64,000 bases of DNA from an uncultured Gemmatimonadales bacterium (lineage in GTDB: Bacteria > Gemmatimonadota > Gemmatimonadetes > Gemmatimonadales > GWC2-71-9): the NCBI GenBank assembly GCA_963842945.1, contig CAWJIM010000001.1:1-64000 (forward strand), written 5' to 3'. The notes beneath the pieces are model-generated. The model was given only the letters and a program-made list of their open reading frames with translations, was not told where the DNA came from and made no database searches. This document shows, piece after piece, positions 11,293 through 22,166 of this stretch. The position numbers and the translations under genes are program-made. Positions within the stretch are counted from its first letter, which is position 1, and each line of letters starts with the position of its first letter.

Positions 11293-12277
11293 TTATGCGA
11301 AAGCGGGGACACGCTCCGGCAGACGGCCGGCAGCGATAATTGCATCCGCATGGTATTCCATCGGAACCAATCGGAACGACTCTGCCAGAACCGCGAGCGC
11401 CCGGACGACCAGGTCGCGCTTTCGCTCCCCTGACAGGTCCATGCCGGGAAAGAACGAGAGGCCCGGCGCCTGTTCGGCGCCAAGGAAGTCCAGCGGGTGC
11501 AGGAGGAAGCTCGGCTGGACTCCCATGACCCGACAAGCGCGGATGGCACACCGGAGATACGCGATACATCAGACCGTGCGAGATGCCGGCCGAGGTACAG
11601 GAGGTAGCTCATGTGGAACGGCACTTTGAGCAAGGGAACGGTCGTGATGGGGATTTCCAGTAGTCTGCTTTCCGCTGCGGAGCTGCCAGCGGTAGGGACG
11701 GAGCGGGCGGAAGCCGTCCCGAAAGGCACCGTAAAGCGCACTGCGTCGCGTCCGTTCCTCGGAACTGAGGCCCGATCGCGCGAGGAAGTACCACCGGGCC
11801 AGCAGGCCCCAGGAAGGTGGGGAGGGTTGACGCATCATACAGGTAGCCCCGCGTGCTCAGCAGCTCGAGCAGCTCCGGCGACCAGCTGAAGCCTGGTCCT
11901 CGAAACCCCACCGGCCGTTGGCCCGGTGGCCTCGACGATCGCCTCTTCCGCCCGGGCGATCTCGGCCTCAAGTTGGCCCGCGCGTAGGAGGTCGGCAGCC
12001 AGCACTCATGGGAGAAGGAGTGATTGCCGATCTCGATGTCCTCGCTCCGCGATGGCCCGCAGGTGCGGGAGGTTTGCCGGCCGGAGGGCATCGGCGCCCG
12101 ACCAGAAACACCGTGATCCGCAGGCCCAGGCGCTCCAGCAGGTCGAGGGCCTGGGGCACAAAAGCAGGGAGATATGAGGGACGCGCCTCCCACTGCCGGA
12201 TCGCCGCGGGTCTGCAGGTAGGTCCACAGGTCGTCGAGATCCAGCGAAACGCTTGCGAGCGGCTTGGGTGTGGTCAT
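11293..12277 (-). CDS. Polysaccharide deacetylase (CE4/NodB family), frameshifted
   Basis: SVSLDLDD, ITVFLVG, EIGNHSFSHE, GFRGPGFS, YLYDAS, EIPITT and LLHPLDF. Confidence 0.8.
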
Positions 12278-13653
12278 GCCAGGCTCCAGGACCGGGGGGT
12301 GTCTGGCGCCCCAGCCTGGAAGAGCGATCGCAGCTCCTGGGCACTCGAATTGGCCAGGGCCACGGTCTCGTTGACGTTCAGCGTCCCATTGGCGATCTGC
12401 GCCGAATTGACGACGTAGACGTTTGGGAGCGAGGTGCGCAGGGATGGCCGTGAGCGCTCGGTAGTAGTGCAGCGTGGAAACGGCCAGCATCTCCCGTACC
12501 CGCGCCACCTGGAACGCGAGCACGTCGCTCCGATCGAAGTTCGGGTACATCCGCTCCAGAGCGGCCAACGAAGGTCTCGCGGATCTCGGCGTCGGTCTTC
12601 TGCCAGAAGCCATCGTCCTGGGTGAGATATCTGGGCAGATAGACGAGCGCATTTCCTCCAAAGTTGGCCGGGTCGACCAGAGCGCTCATTTCGATCACCC
12701 CGGTAAACGGCACCCAGGAGTCGGTGATATTCGTGATGTAGAAGCCGGCGAGCGGCTTCCGCAGGAGCAGCGAGGCGCACGACGATGCCCTGATAAACGA
12801 CGCTTCAGTCGCTCCCTCTCCGGCGCCGACAGGTCCGGACAGAGGGCGAGTACCTGGCCGCAGGGAACCGTGAGCACTACCCGATCGAAGATGTGGGTCG
12901 CTCCGCCCAGCCAGGCACACTTCCACCCGTTCATCCGATCCTGGACCCTGGTGACCGCGTGTCCGGAGAGGGTCCGCACCCCGAGCTGATCGAGCCGGGT
13001 TCGAAAGGCCTGCAAAATTGTGCCGTACCCGCCCTCGACGTATCCGAACATCTCTCGCTTGAGTCCCGAACGCCGGGCCGCATACATCCGGGCGATAATA
13101 GCCCAGATGAAAGCCGCGCTGGCGATTCGGTAATTCTCTCCCAGCTTGCTTCTGAGCAGGGGGAGCCAGACCCGTTCGAATGTGCGCTGGCCGGAGAGCC
13201 GGCGGAGCCAATCGGTTACGCGGAATTCCTCGAACCGTCGCCAATTGGTGATCCGTGAGGCATACAGGATGGTTGCGGCCAGCCTGACCTTGTCGCTCAG
13301 CGACAGGGGCGGAAACCGCAGAAAATCCACTGCATCGGACAGCGAATGGAACTTGCCTTCACTGTAAAACCCGGTCCGGGTTGTCTTCCACTGCAGCAGG
13401 TGACTGACACCGAGATCCTGCAAAAGACCCCGGAGGTGCTGGTCCGAGCCCAGGATGACATGGTAGAACCGATCCCAGGTAAACCCGCCCAAGGTCTGAG
13501 ACTGAGTGAGGCCACCGGTAACCGGGGCTGCCTCGATCAGGGTGACTCGCACCCCTTGGCGCTGCAGTCGGAGCGCCAGGGTCATCCCCAGGATGCCCCC
13601 GCCAACAATGGCGACTTCCTGGGTGCTGCCGTCGGCGCAACCTCTTGGGACAC
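12274..13653 (-). CDS. NAD(P)/FAD-dependent oxidoreductase (amine oxidase/HemY-like), frameshifted
   Basis: VAIVGGGILG, EAAPVTGGL, WDRFYHVIL, FGYVEGGY and PFTGVIEM. The stop overlaps the deacetylase ATG. Confidence 0.8.
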
Positions 13654-13845
13654 AACAGTCTTCCTGGACTGGAAGTATCGGACCAGCCGAGGCAGCGGCA
13701 CGCCGACCATCAGCCAGGATCGGCTAAGTTCCGGAACAGCTGCCTGAAGGTGGGGAACTGGAAGGTCCCGGCAACTGGTTCTTTCAACCCTAGCACCTAC
13801 AGCTATTATGCAGTCCGAAAGCGACGCCTGCAAGGCTGGTACTTA

Positions 13846-15646
13846 TTACCGCCCTAGGGGTTTGGGATCGCTCCTGAACCGTTTTCTGGTGACTTTCTGG
13901 AAACAAACGTTACCAGCGGGGACGGGGCTCCTCGGCCAGTGGCTCGAAGCCAAGCCAAGCCGGGCCATGAGTCCGAGGTGACCCACGATGGTCCGGAGGG
14001 TCTTCATCTTTGACCGACCCAGAATCCTGCTCTCCAGGGTAGTGGGATACTCCGCGATGTTCCTGCCGCGGAGATCGAGTTTCCCGATAATCTCGACGAT
14101 ACCCAGAAATCCCGGCTGCCGGATGTCGAGTTCGAGCATCGCTCGTCGTCGATACACCCTGAAGCAGCTGGTGTAGGTGCCGAGCTTTTGCCGGGACAGG
14201 AGCCGATAAATCGCCGACGCCGACTTCGACAAGGAGAGCCGCCACTGCAGGCACATTACGAACCGATCCTCGGGGGTGATAGGGCGACGCCGTCACCAGG
14301 TCGACGCCTTCACTCAGCAGCGGGATCATGTTTCGGAGCTCCCGGGGATCGTAGGAGCAGTCACAATCTATCGAACAGACGATCTCCGACGTGGCCTCCC
14401 GTATTCCAGTCAGTATGGCGGCGGTGACCCCCCGATTTTTCTCGCAGGGAACAATCACACAATCTGGTCTTTGTCCAAACAGCTGCTCCAGCGTCTCCAG
14501 TGTCCGGTCCTGGCTGCCGTCATCCACAAACACGAATTCCAGTCGGTATTCCTCCAGTACCTCCTCCAGTTCTCGCAATGTGTTCGCGAGGTAGGGCAGA
14601 GCGGCTTCCTCGTTGTAGCACGGCACCACGATGCTCACCCCGGGCCGGCTGGATTGGTCTGTCGGTCCGGCATTGCGAGCGAGACCGGGGCCGATGGCAT
14701 CCGGGCTCCAGCGGGATGTCAGCTGCTTGATCCCGAGGTGGTCCGCGATGCCGTGAAACGAATACCGTGCCAGATATTCGCGGAGCATCGGCTCCATCTG
14801 CCGAAGGTTTCGGTATTGACGGATGCTTGCCGCGACGGAAGCCGCGCTGATTCGAGGCTGCTCGGGATCGAGCTCCCAGGTGTGGAAGTACATCACGAAC
14901 GGTGCGGCGACGTTCCGGTCCCAGTCGGCGATGGCGCGGCGCACGAATTTGCGGGGGAACTGGCGAAAGTAGTTGCCGCCCGCTACCGGGATATGGAGGC
15001 CGAAGATCTCGGCCGAGGAGACCGGGACCTCCCAGATCGAGCCGGCAGGCCCGTTGTGCTGGTGAATGAATCGGCGCCAGGGCTCCCGGCGGAATGATCG
15101 AAAGATCGGCTTGATACTCGAGTCGTAGCGGTATCCCGCCTGGCGGAGCATGTCGAGAGCCCAGAGGTCACCGGGGCCGAACCACCGATCAGCGATCCGA
15201 TACCCCAAGACCTGGCGTCCGGTGGCATGCTCGAGCGCCTCGCGCGAGCGGTGAATGTCCTCCCAAAAGAGAGCTGGTGACATCTCCCGAATACTGCGAT
15301 GGTCGTAGCCTTTACTTGCTACTTCGTGGCCTCGATCAGTAATATCTCGTACCAGCTCAGGTACCATTTCTGCTACCCATCCCAGGACGAAAAACGTCGC
15401 CCGTACGTCGAACTCGTCGAGCAGCGTCAATGTCCTGCGTGCGCCGATCTCAAGTCGCCGCTCGAAGCGGCTCCATCGAGTACGGTCGATGAATCCCTTA
15501 AAGGGTGACAGATGGTAATAATCCTCGAGCACGACGGTGAGGATGTGGCGGCGGGTCATTCCTCGGGGGGTGGTGAAGTGAGGATGGATATGGCCGGCAG
15601 GCGTACTCGACAATGTAGGCTCCGGGGCTGGTTCGAAGACCGGCAT
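13846..15646 (-). CDS. Fusion of polysaccharide deacetylase (DUF3473-type) and DPM1/ArnC-like GT2 glycosyltransferase
   Basis: N-half: EDYYH, ATFFVLGWVAE, YDSS, GGNYFR, YFHTWELDPEQPR. In the same frame follow SIVVPCYNEE, VDDGSQD and IDCDCSY. The C-terminus after a shift near 14250 has TSCFRVY and GRSKM. Alternative start 15559. Confidence 0.85.
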
Positions 15647-15669
15647 TTCCAACCGCCACAGAGGAGACG

Positions 15670-16520
15670 GTGAACTCCGAGAGATCGGGACACGCTCGTC
15701 TGGCCAGCCGCTTGGAAGCTTTGCTCTATCGTGGTGGGTGGCCGGTTCGGGCCGCCCGGGCACTCGGCATACGCCCAGCGGTGCGGGCGACCTGCCATGC
15801 GATTTCCATCAATCATGGTACCACACCCATCCCGCCGCTGAGACTGGCGTATGCATCCGACTTCCATGCCGGTCCCACGACGGATCCGGACGTCCTGCTC
15901 CAGGCCTGCGCCGAGCTGCGGGCCGCTCGTCCCGACGTCCTGTTACTCGGCGGAGATTTCGTCACCCACGTCAGTCAGCGAAATCGAGTGGCTGGCACCC
16001 CAGCTCGCGGACATCCCGGCTCCGTTCGGACGGTTTGCGGTGCTCGGAAATCACGACTGGTGGTCTGATCCCGGGCACATCGTCCGGCAACTGGAGATCG
16101 TCGGCATTCAGGTGCTCCTCAACCGTAATGTCCAACTCCGACCGCCTTTTGGTAAGGTGTACGTTTGTGGGGTTGACGATCACTGGTGTGGTCGACCCGA
16201 CGCCACCGCCGCCCTTACGGGTGCTGAAGGAGTTCGCATCGTGCTCATGCACGCCCCCTCGGGGCTGCTCGACCTGGGAGAACAGCGGTTTGATCTCGCG
16301 CTCTGTGGCCATACCCACGGAGGGCAAATCGCCCTTCCGGGCGGGGTCCCGATTGTGGTCCCGCATGGCAGATTATCCCGACGATACCCCAGGGGCCGCT
16401 TCGAGCTGGGGAACGGACGCACCCTCCTGGTGAGCGTCGGGTTGGGATGCGTGGTGGTCCCGATCCGGATTTGCGCCGATCCCGAGATCCTGCGTGTGTA
16501 CCGTCGAGGCCACGGCATAA
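15670..16520 (+). CDS. Calcineurin-like metallophosphoesterase (YkuE/YaeI family), frameshifted
   Basis: SDFHAG, GGDF, LGNHD, LMH.P and GHTHGGQ; GAGGAG RBS; TAATG overlap with the next gene. Confidence 0.85.
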
Positions 16521-17627
16521 TGCTGGCGCTCTGCTTCGGCACCCGGCCGCAGGTGATCAAGGCGTCGGTCCTGGTACGGGCGTTGAGCTCGCGTTGGCCG
16601 GTGATGACGATCGACACCGGGCAGCACTACGACTACGAGCTGAATCGCCTACTCTATGAGCAACTCGATATTCCGAGACCCGACCACTGCCTGGAGGTAG
16701 GCTCCGCCGAGCCGGCCGATCAGACTGCCGAGGTGTTGAGACGCACCGCGGAGGTTCTCCAACGAGCCCCTCCCAGCCGCGGTCATCGTGATCGGTGACA
16801 CAAACAGCACTCTGGGCTGTGCGCTCGCCGCCCGGAAGAGCGGTTTTCCCCTGGTTCATGTAGAAGCCGGCCTCCGTTCCAGTGAGCCCAATCTGCCGGA
16901 GGAGGTGAACCGGCGGGTGGTGGACGTCATGGCAACGCTGCTGTGCGCCCCGTCTCCCGCCAGCGCCGCCCGGCTCAGGGCAGAACAGGCGCCAGGCACC
17001 ATCGTGACCACCGGTGACGTCGCCCGTGATGTTCTGGTCCGGCACCTCGCGCTCGCGCCCCGGACCGAAGGCGTCTCCCGGTTTGCGCTCGCCACCATCC
17101 ATCGGGCGGCCATTACCAGTGACCCCGACGCACTTCGATCCGTGGTTCAGGCATTGGGGAGTTTGGGAATGCCGGTCCTCTTTCCCCTGCATCCCCGAAC
17201 CCGGCTGGCTCTCGAGCGCTATGATCTCCTAGGCAGCATACCGGCGTCGGTGTCGATCCGGCCGCCCTTGGGGTATCTCGAGGCGATTGCTGCCGTCCGC
17301 GATGCTACGGCCGTCATCACGGATTCAGGGGGTCTGCAGCGGGAGGCTTATTGGCTGGGCACGCCGTGCGTTACTCTCCGCAGTGAGACGGAGTGGATGG
17401 AGACTGTTGAGTGTGGCGCCAACACGTTAGTCGCCCCCCTGAACGCGCGGCAGGAGCTGGGGGCCGCGGTTCTGGAGCAATGTCGGAAGAAGCAGGAATA
17501 CCCATGGACTGCCGAGGCGTATGGCGACGGTCATGCTGCGGAGCGAGTCACCGAGGCGATTGCGGCAAACCTTGCCTCGGTTTCGGTCCCGCCTTCCACT
17601 ACTCCTCGTACGTCGGCACGGCGGTAA
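16520..17627 (+). CDS. wecB: UDP-N-acetylglucosamine 2-epimerase (non-hydrolysing), frameshifted
   Basis: GTRPQVIK, TGQHYD, GDTNST, HVEAGLRS..PEEVNR, TIHR, TDSGGLQREA and YGDG. Confidence 0.9.
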
Positions 17628-18455
17628 CGCCCGAACATGAGCTCATGCTCCGAGAGTCCCAGCGCTTCCTTCGCGTACTCCTTTAAGGCCATGAGGGTAA
17701 CCGCAACCAGTAAAGCCAGAAACGCGCCCATGTAGAACGCGGTGAGCTGCGCCAGCCTTGGAATCCTGTCGATCTCGGACGTCCGAAGCACGTAGTCGCG
17801 GACGGCGCTGGTGTCCGATGGGTTCGGGCGAGCAGCCCGAGCCAATGAGTCCCGGACCAGGGAATCCCGGGCCAGGGAATCCAGGGTAGAATCCGGGCGC
17901 GCTACATTTCCGCTGCGAGGCGGCTGCCCTGCCGGATCGCCTTCTATCCTTCTTCTCCCGCTTCTCGACTGTCTCAGCCAACGTGTCGCTCGCTGCCGTC
18001 TCCCTGTACGTCTGGATGGAGAGAGCCACTGATCGGTCGAGCGCGCCGAAGTACCGAGCGATGCAGTACAGGGAAGTGAGGACCAGGACTGCCGGGAGAA
18101 GCCCCAGAATTGCCGCTTTTACCCGACGGAAGCTGCGCCCTATCCGGTCCCCGAGAGGCTCACGGCCATAGGGGTCAGGAGGTGGGGGAGGATCCAGCAG
18201 GTTGGCGAAGGTGACGCGCGCGAGTGCATCGCGGATGTAAAAGAGATAGCACAGGGTCAGCAGGCACAGAAATGGGGTGTAAAAGAGAAGAAACCACGCG
18301 TGCTTCTGGTAGGCCGGCAGGATTTTGAGAGCCAGGATCGGTATAGGCAGCAGCGTGATCGCGAAGGCAGTGAACCCAAGCACACGCCGAACTGCGGCTG
18401 AGTAGCCGTGGGTACCATCCGATGGATGAGGCTCTAGCTTGACCGGATCAACCAT
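17531..18455 (-). CDS. Hypothetical integral membrane protein, frameshift near 17900
   Basis: About four hydrophobic segments in ORFs 17643..18455 and 17531..17845, with a low-complexity DSL-repeat loop. Confidence 0.55.
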
Positions 18456-18587
18456 CCGACTTTATGAAGCCCTTGAGGGTTCCCACCAGCCCGACCATAC
18501 CATTCCTTTATGTACCCACCCAGAACCAACTGAGCAACCTCGGCGGTCGAACAGCGCCGGCCGCAGTTCGGCTGGCGGGCCCAGTGG

Positions 18588-18616
18588 TTGAAACGTGTCT
18601 CAGAAGCGGTTAATTT
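18588..18616 (+). promoter_or_regulatory. sigma70-type promoter of the nuo operon
   Basis: TTGAAA-N17-TAATTT. Confidence 0.65.
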
Positions 18617-18623
18617 CTCAACC

Positions 18624-18641
18624 AAGTGAAAAATTTCACTA
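18624..18641. promoter_or_regulatory. Rex-like operator palindrome
   Basis: AAGTGAA-AAAT-TTCACTA versus the Rex consensus TTGTGAA-N4-TTCACAA, at the predicted transcription start of nuo. Confidence 0.6.
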
Positions 18642-18660
18642 GAGCGAGACGTTGACGCTT

Positions 18661-19026
18661 ATGCTACAGCCGTATATCCCGATTCTGCTGTTGATCGTGT
18701 TTGTGGTGGCCAACGCGATCCTGATGCTCGGGGTCTCGCATATCTTCTCCACCTACCGGCGTACTCCCACCAAGATCGCTCCCTATGAATCCGGCATGCC
18801 CGTGTTGGGCGATGCCCGAGAGCGTTTCTCGGTCAAATTCTACCTGGTCGCCATGCTCTTCATCGTGTTCGACATCGAAACCGTGTTCATGGTGCCCTGG
18901 GCGGTGGCATTCCGGCAGTTAGGCTCGATGGCCGGACTGCTGATCATCGAAATGTTTGTCTTTATCCTCATCCTGGCGGTGGGGTACGTGTATCTGTGGA
19001 AGCGGGGAGCGTTGCAATGGGATTGA
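18661..19026 (+). CDS. nuoA: NADH-quinone oxidoreductase subunit A
   Basis: [23 protein letters not shown] and KRGALQW. Confidence 0.95.
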   Translation: MLQPYIPILLLIVFVVANAILMLGVSHIFSTYRRTPTKIAPYESGMPVLGDARERFSVKFYLVAMLFIVFDIETVFMVPWAVAFRQLGSMAGLLIIEMFVFILILAVGYVYLWKRGALQWD

Positions 19027-19646
19027 TCAATCCCGCCACCGAGAATAGGGCGGACGAGACCACCACGGTTTCGGCGGTCTCGCCCAATTTCGTGACCACC
19101 AAGCTGGATTTCCTGACTAACTGGGCCCGCTCGAACTCGCTCTGGCCGATGCCGTTCGGTACCGCCTGCTGCGCCATCGAGTTCATGGCCACGGCTGCCA
19201 GCCGATTCGATCTGGCCCGCTTCGGCATGGAGCGGATGAGCTTCTCCCCCCGTCAGGCGGACGTGCTGATCTGCGCCGGGCGGCTCCCCTTCAAACTGGC
19301 CCCGGTGATTCGGCGGATCTGGGATCAGATGCCCCAGCCCAAGTGGTCCATCTCGATGGGCGCCTGCGCCTCGACCGGCGGCATCTTCGACAACTACAGC
19401 ATGGTGCAGGGGATCGACACCATCATCCCGGTGGATGTCTACGTGCCGGGTTGTCCTCCTCGGCCCGAAGGGCTCCTGTACGGCATTCTCCTGCTGCAAA
19501 AGAAGATCAGGGGAGAAACCATAACCGACGATGCGCTCCGGGAGGAGAAGCTGGTCGGACCCTCGGGTCTCTTTCTCCCGCCCGAGCGGGTCGACGAGCT
19601 GAGCGAGCCCTTCGGGAATTCGGTGCAGCAGACGAGATCCTCATGA
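19017..19646 (+). CDS. nuoB: NADH-quinone oxidoreductase subunit B
   Basis: [19 protein letters not shown] and VPGCPPRPE. Confidence 0.97.
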   Translation: MGLINPATENRADETTTVSAVSPNFVTTKLDFLTNWARSNSLWPMPFGTACCAIEFMATAASRFDLARFGMERMSFSPRQADVLICAGRLPFKLAPVIRRIWDQMPQPKWSISMGACASTGGIFDNYSMVQGIDTIIPVDVYVPGCPPRPEGLLYGILLLQKKIRGETITDDALREEKLVGPSGLFLPPERVDELSEPFGNSVQQTRSS

Positions 19647-20326
19647 CCAGCGGTCAGCCGGAACCCGTCCCCGGCTCCACTCAGGGGCCCGCCGCAGTGC
19701 GCTCACGGGCCGGCGCGCTCTCTCCCTCGGTGGCCCCCCTTCGCGATGCATTCGGTCCCGCCATCGAACGGCATTTCATTTCTTCCGGCCAAACGGTGGT
19801 CTACCTGGCGCGGGACCGGGCTCACGAAATACTTGCCTGGCTCAAGGACACGCCGGGTCAGGAGTACAACTACCTGACCGACGTCACCGCGGTGGACTAT
19901 CGGGACCCGGAGCGGCCTCTCGAGGTGGTCTATCAGCTTCGGTCCCTCGGCCGCAAAGCCGATCTCCGGCTCAAGATTGCCCTCGATAAGCGGGCTCCCC
20001 TGGAGGTGCAGTCGGTCTACGACCTATGGCGGGGCGCGGACTGGCTGGAGCGAGAGGTCTACGACATGTTCGGGGTCACCTTTGTGGGACATCCTGATCT
20101 TCGGCGCATCCTGATGTGGGAGACCTACGCCGAGGGATATCCGCTGCGAAAGGACTTTCCCCTGCGGGGACACTTCAGCCGGGCGGAACAGACTCGGCAG
20201 GCTTTGGCTGCCAACCCGGAAGCGCACTACAGCCTGGAGGAGTTGTCCATTGCCGAGTCCTACGGCGAGCTGCCGAAGGAGATGCAGGAGCGCCTGGCGC
20301 GGGGTGAGCGAGGGTTCCTGAAATGA
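19643..20326 (+). CDS. nuoC: NADH-quinone oxidoreductase subunit C
   Basis: [22 protein letters not shown] and YPLRKDFP. Confidence 0.95.
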   Translation: MTSGQPEPVPGSTQGPAAVRSRAGALSPSVAPLRDAFGPAIERHFISSGQTVVYLARDRAHEILAWLKDTPGQEYNYLTDVTAVDYRDPERPLEVVYQLRSLGRKADLRLKIALDKRAPLEVQSVYDLWRGADWLEREVYDMFGVTFVGHPDLRRILMWETYAEGYPLRKDFPLRGHFSRAEQTRQALAANPEAHYSLEELSIAESYGELPKEMQERLARGERGFLK

Positions 20327-21609
20327 CGCTGCGCACCGTTGAGATGGCGCTGGCCACCCCGGGCGTGGATGCGGCCGGGCGTCCGACCCGAATACCGCTC
20401 GGAGTATCCGATGGGGAGTACCGGGAGGATCTCGGGGCCGAGCACATGCTGGTGAACATCGGTCCCCAGCATCCGGCCACCCACGGAGTGCTTCGGCTGG
20501 TACTCGAGCTCGAGGGAGAGACCGTACGCCGCTGCATTCCCCACATCGGATATCTCCACTCCGGCTTCGAGAAGTTGGGCGAGTACCGCCAATACAATCA
20601 GATCATCCCGCTCACCGATCGAACCGATTACTTGTCGCCCATGGCGAACAATGTTTGCCTGGCGCTGGCAGTCGAGAAGCTGATGGGCCTGGAGCTGACC
20701 GAGCGGTGCAAGGTGCTGCGGGTGATCGCCTGCGAGATGAGCCGGATCATCTCGCACCTGGTCTGGCTGGGAACGACCGGCATCGATCTGGGCGCTTTCA
20801 CGCCCTTCCTCTGGTCATTCCAGGAGCGGGAGCGGATCTACAACCTGCAGGAGGCCTGGACCGGCGCGCGACTCACCACCAGCCTCACCCGGGTGGGCGG
20901 CCTGATGGCCGACATCCCCGAGGGTTGGGAAGCGGGTCTGCGCGAGTTCACCAGCACCTTTCCGAAGACCCTCACTGAAGTGGACACCATGTTCACCCGG
21001 AACGCCATCTGGATCGGGCGGACGCAGGGGGTCGGCGCGCTGACCGCGGAGGAGGCGATCAATCTGTCGCTCTCCGGTCCCATGCTTCGCGCCAGCGGGG
21101 TGGACTACGACGTGCGCAAGGATCGTCCGTATCTCGACTACGAGACCTACGACTTCGACGTTCCCATCGGGGAACATGGCGACATCTATGACCGGTATCG
21201 GATGCGACTGGAGGAGATGTGGCAGTCGAACCGGATTCTGGAGCAGGCGCTCGATCGGCTCGAGCGGCTCAAGGGTGCCCCGATCAACGTCAGCGATCCG
21301 CGCGTGGTGCTCCCACCCAAGTCGAGGGCCATGGGAGACATGGAAGCGATGATCTTCCACTTCAAGCAGGTGATGGAAGGCGTCAAGCCTCCCGCGGGCG
21401 AGGTCTACATGGGAGTGGAGAACCCCAAGGGCGAGCTGGGCTACTATATCGTCTCGGACGGCACCAGCAAGCCGGTCCGCTGGCGAATACGTCCCCCCTC
21501 GTTCATCAACCTTTCCAGCCTGCCGACCATGTGTGAAGGCGCACTTCTGTCCGACGTGATCGCGATCAACGCCAGCGTGGACATCGTCATGGGCGAGGTG
21601 GATCGATGA
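20323..21609 (+). CDS. nuoD: NADH-quinone oxidoreductase subunit D
   Basis: NIGPQHPATHGVLRL, GYLH, ENPKGE and GEVDR. Confidence 0.97.
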   Translation: MTLRTVEMALATPGVDAAGRPTRIPLGVSDGEYREDLGAEHMLVNIGPQHPATHGVLRLVLELEGETVRRCIPHIGYLHSGFEKLGEYRQYNQIIPLTDRTDYLSPMANNVCLALAVEKLMGLELTERCKVLRVIACEMSRIISHLVWLGTTGIDLGAFTPFLWSFQERERIYNLQEAWTGARLTTSLTRVGGLMADIPEGWEAGLREFTSTFPKTLTEVDTMFTRNAIWIGRTQGVGALTAEEAINLSLSGPMLRASGVDYDVRKDRPYLDYETYDFDVPIGEHGDIYDRYRMRLEEMWQSNRILEQALDRLERLKGAPINVSDPRVVLPPKSRAMGDMEAMIFHFKQVMEGVKPPAGEVYMGVENPKGELGYYIVSDGTSKPVRWRIRPPSFINLSSLPTMCEGALLSDVIAINASVDIVMGEVDR

Positions 21610-22166
21610 GTGGCGCGGGCAGCGGGGCTCATCGCGGTACTGGCGAGCACGGCTCGGCGCACGGCGGACATGGGACGGAGACGGCGCCGCACGAGCCGGT
21701 CTTCCGGGGTGAGCGATTGGCCCGGCTGAAGCAGCTCTTCGCTCTCTATCCTACGAAACAGGCCTGCCTGCTCCCGGCCCTCTGGATGGTGCAGGAGGCG
21801 CAAGGCTGGATCTCGGAGCCTGCCATCGGCGAGGTGGCCGAAGTGCTGGGTCTGACGCCGGCGTATGTAAAGGGAGTGGTGACGTTTTACACGATGTATC
21901 ACACGCATCCGGTGGGCCGCCACTTCATTCAGGTCTGTACCACCTCCCCCTGCAACATTTGCGGAGCGGAGGATGTGGTGAAGGCGCTCCTCCAGCACAC
22001 CGGCTGTGGCGAGCTGGGCGCCACCAGCCCCGATGGGCGCTTCACCGTGAGCGAGGTCGAGTGCCTCGGTGCTTGTGGCTTCGCCACTCCGATCATGATC
22101 GGGGACGATTTCATCGAGAGCGTCACACCGGACAAGGTTGCGGCCATTCTCCAGAGGTACGAGTAA
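21606..22166 (+). CDS. nuoE: NADH-quinone oxidoreductase subunit E
   Basis: TFYTMY, CTTSPC and ECLGAC. Confidence 0.95.
   Translation: MSGAGSGAHRGTGEHGSAHGGHGTETAPHEPVFRGERLARLKQLFALYPTKQACLLPALWMVQEAQGWISEPAIGEVAEVLGLTPAYVKGVVTFYTMYHTHPVGRHFIQVCTTSPCNICGAEDVVKALLQHTGCGELGATSPDGRFTVSEVECLGACGFATPIMIGDDFIESVTPDKVAAILQRYE

Noticed and set aside
15851..16798. Apparent metallophosphoesterase-WecB fusion ORF
   Set aside because: A TAATG stop/start overlap at 16518-16522 indicates two genes, so the fusion most likely arises from an indel.
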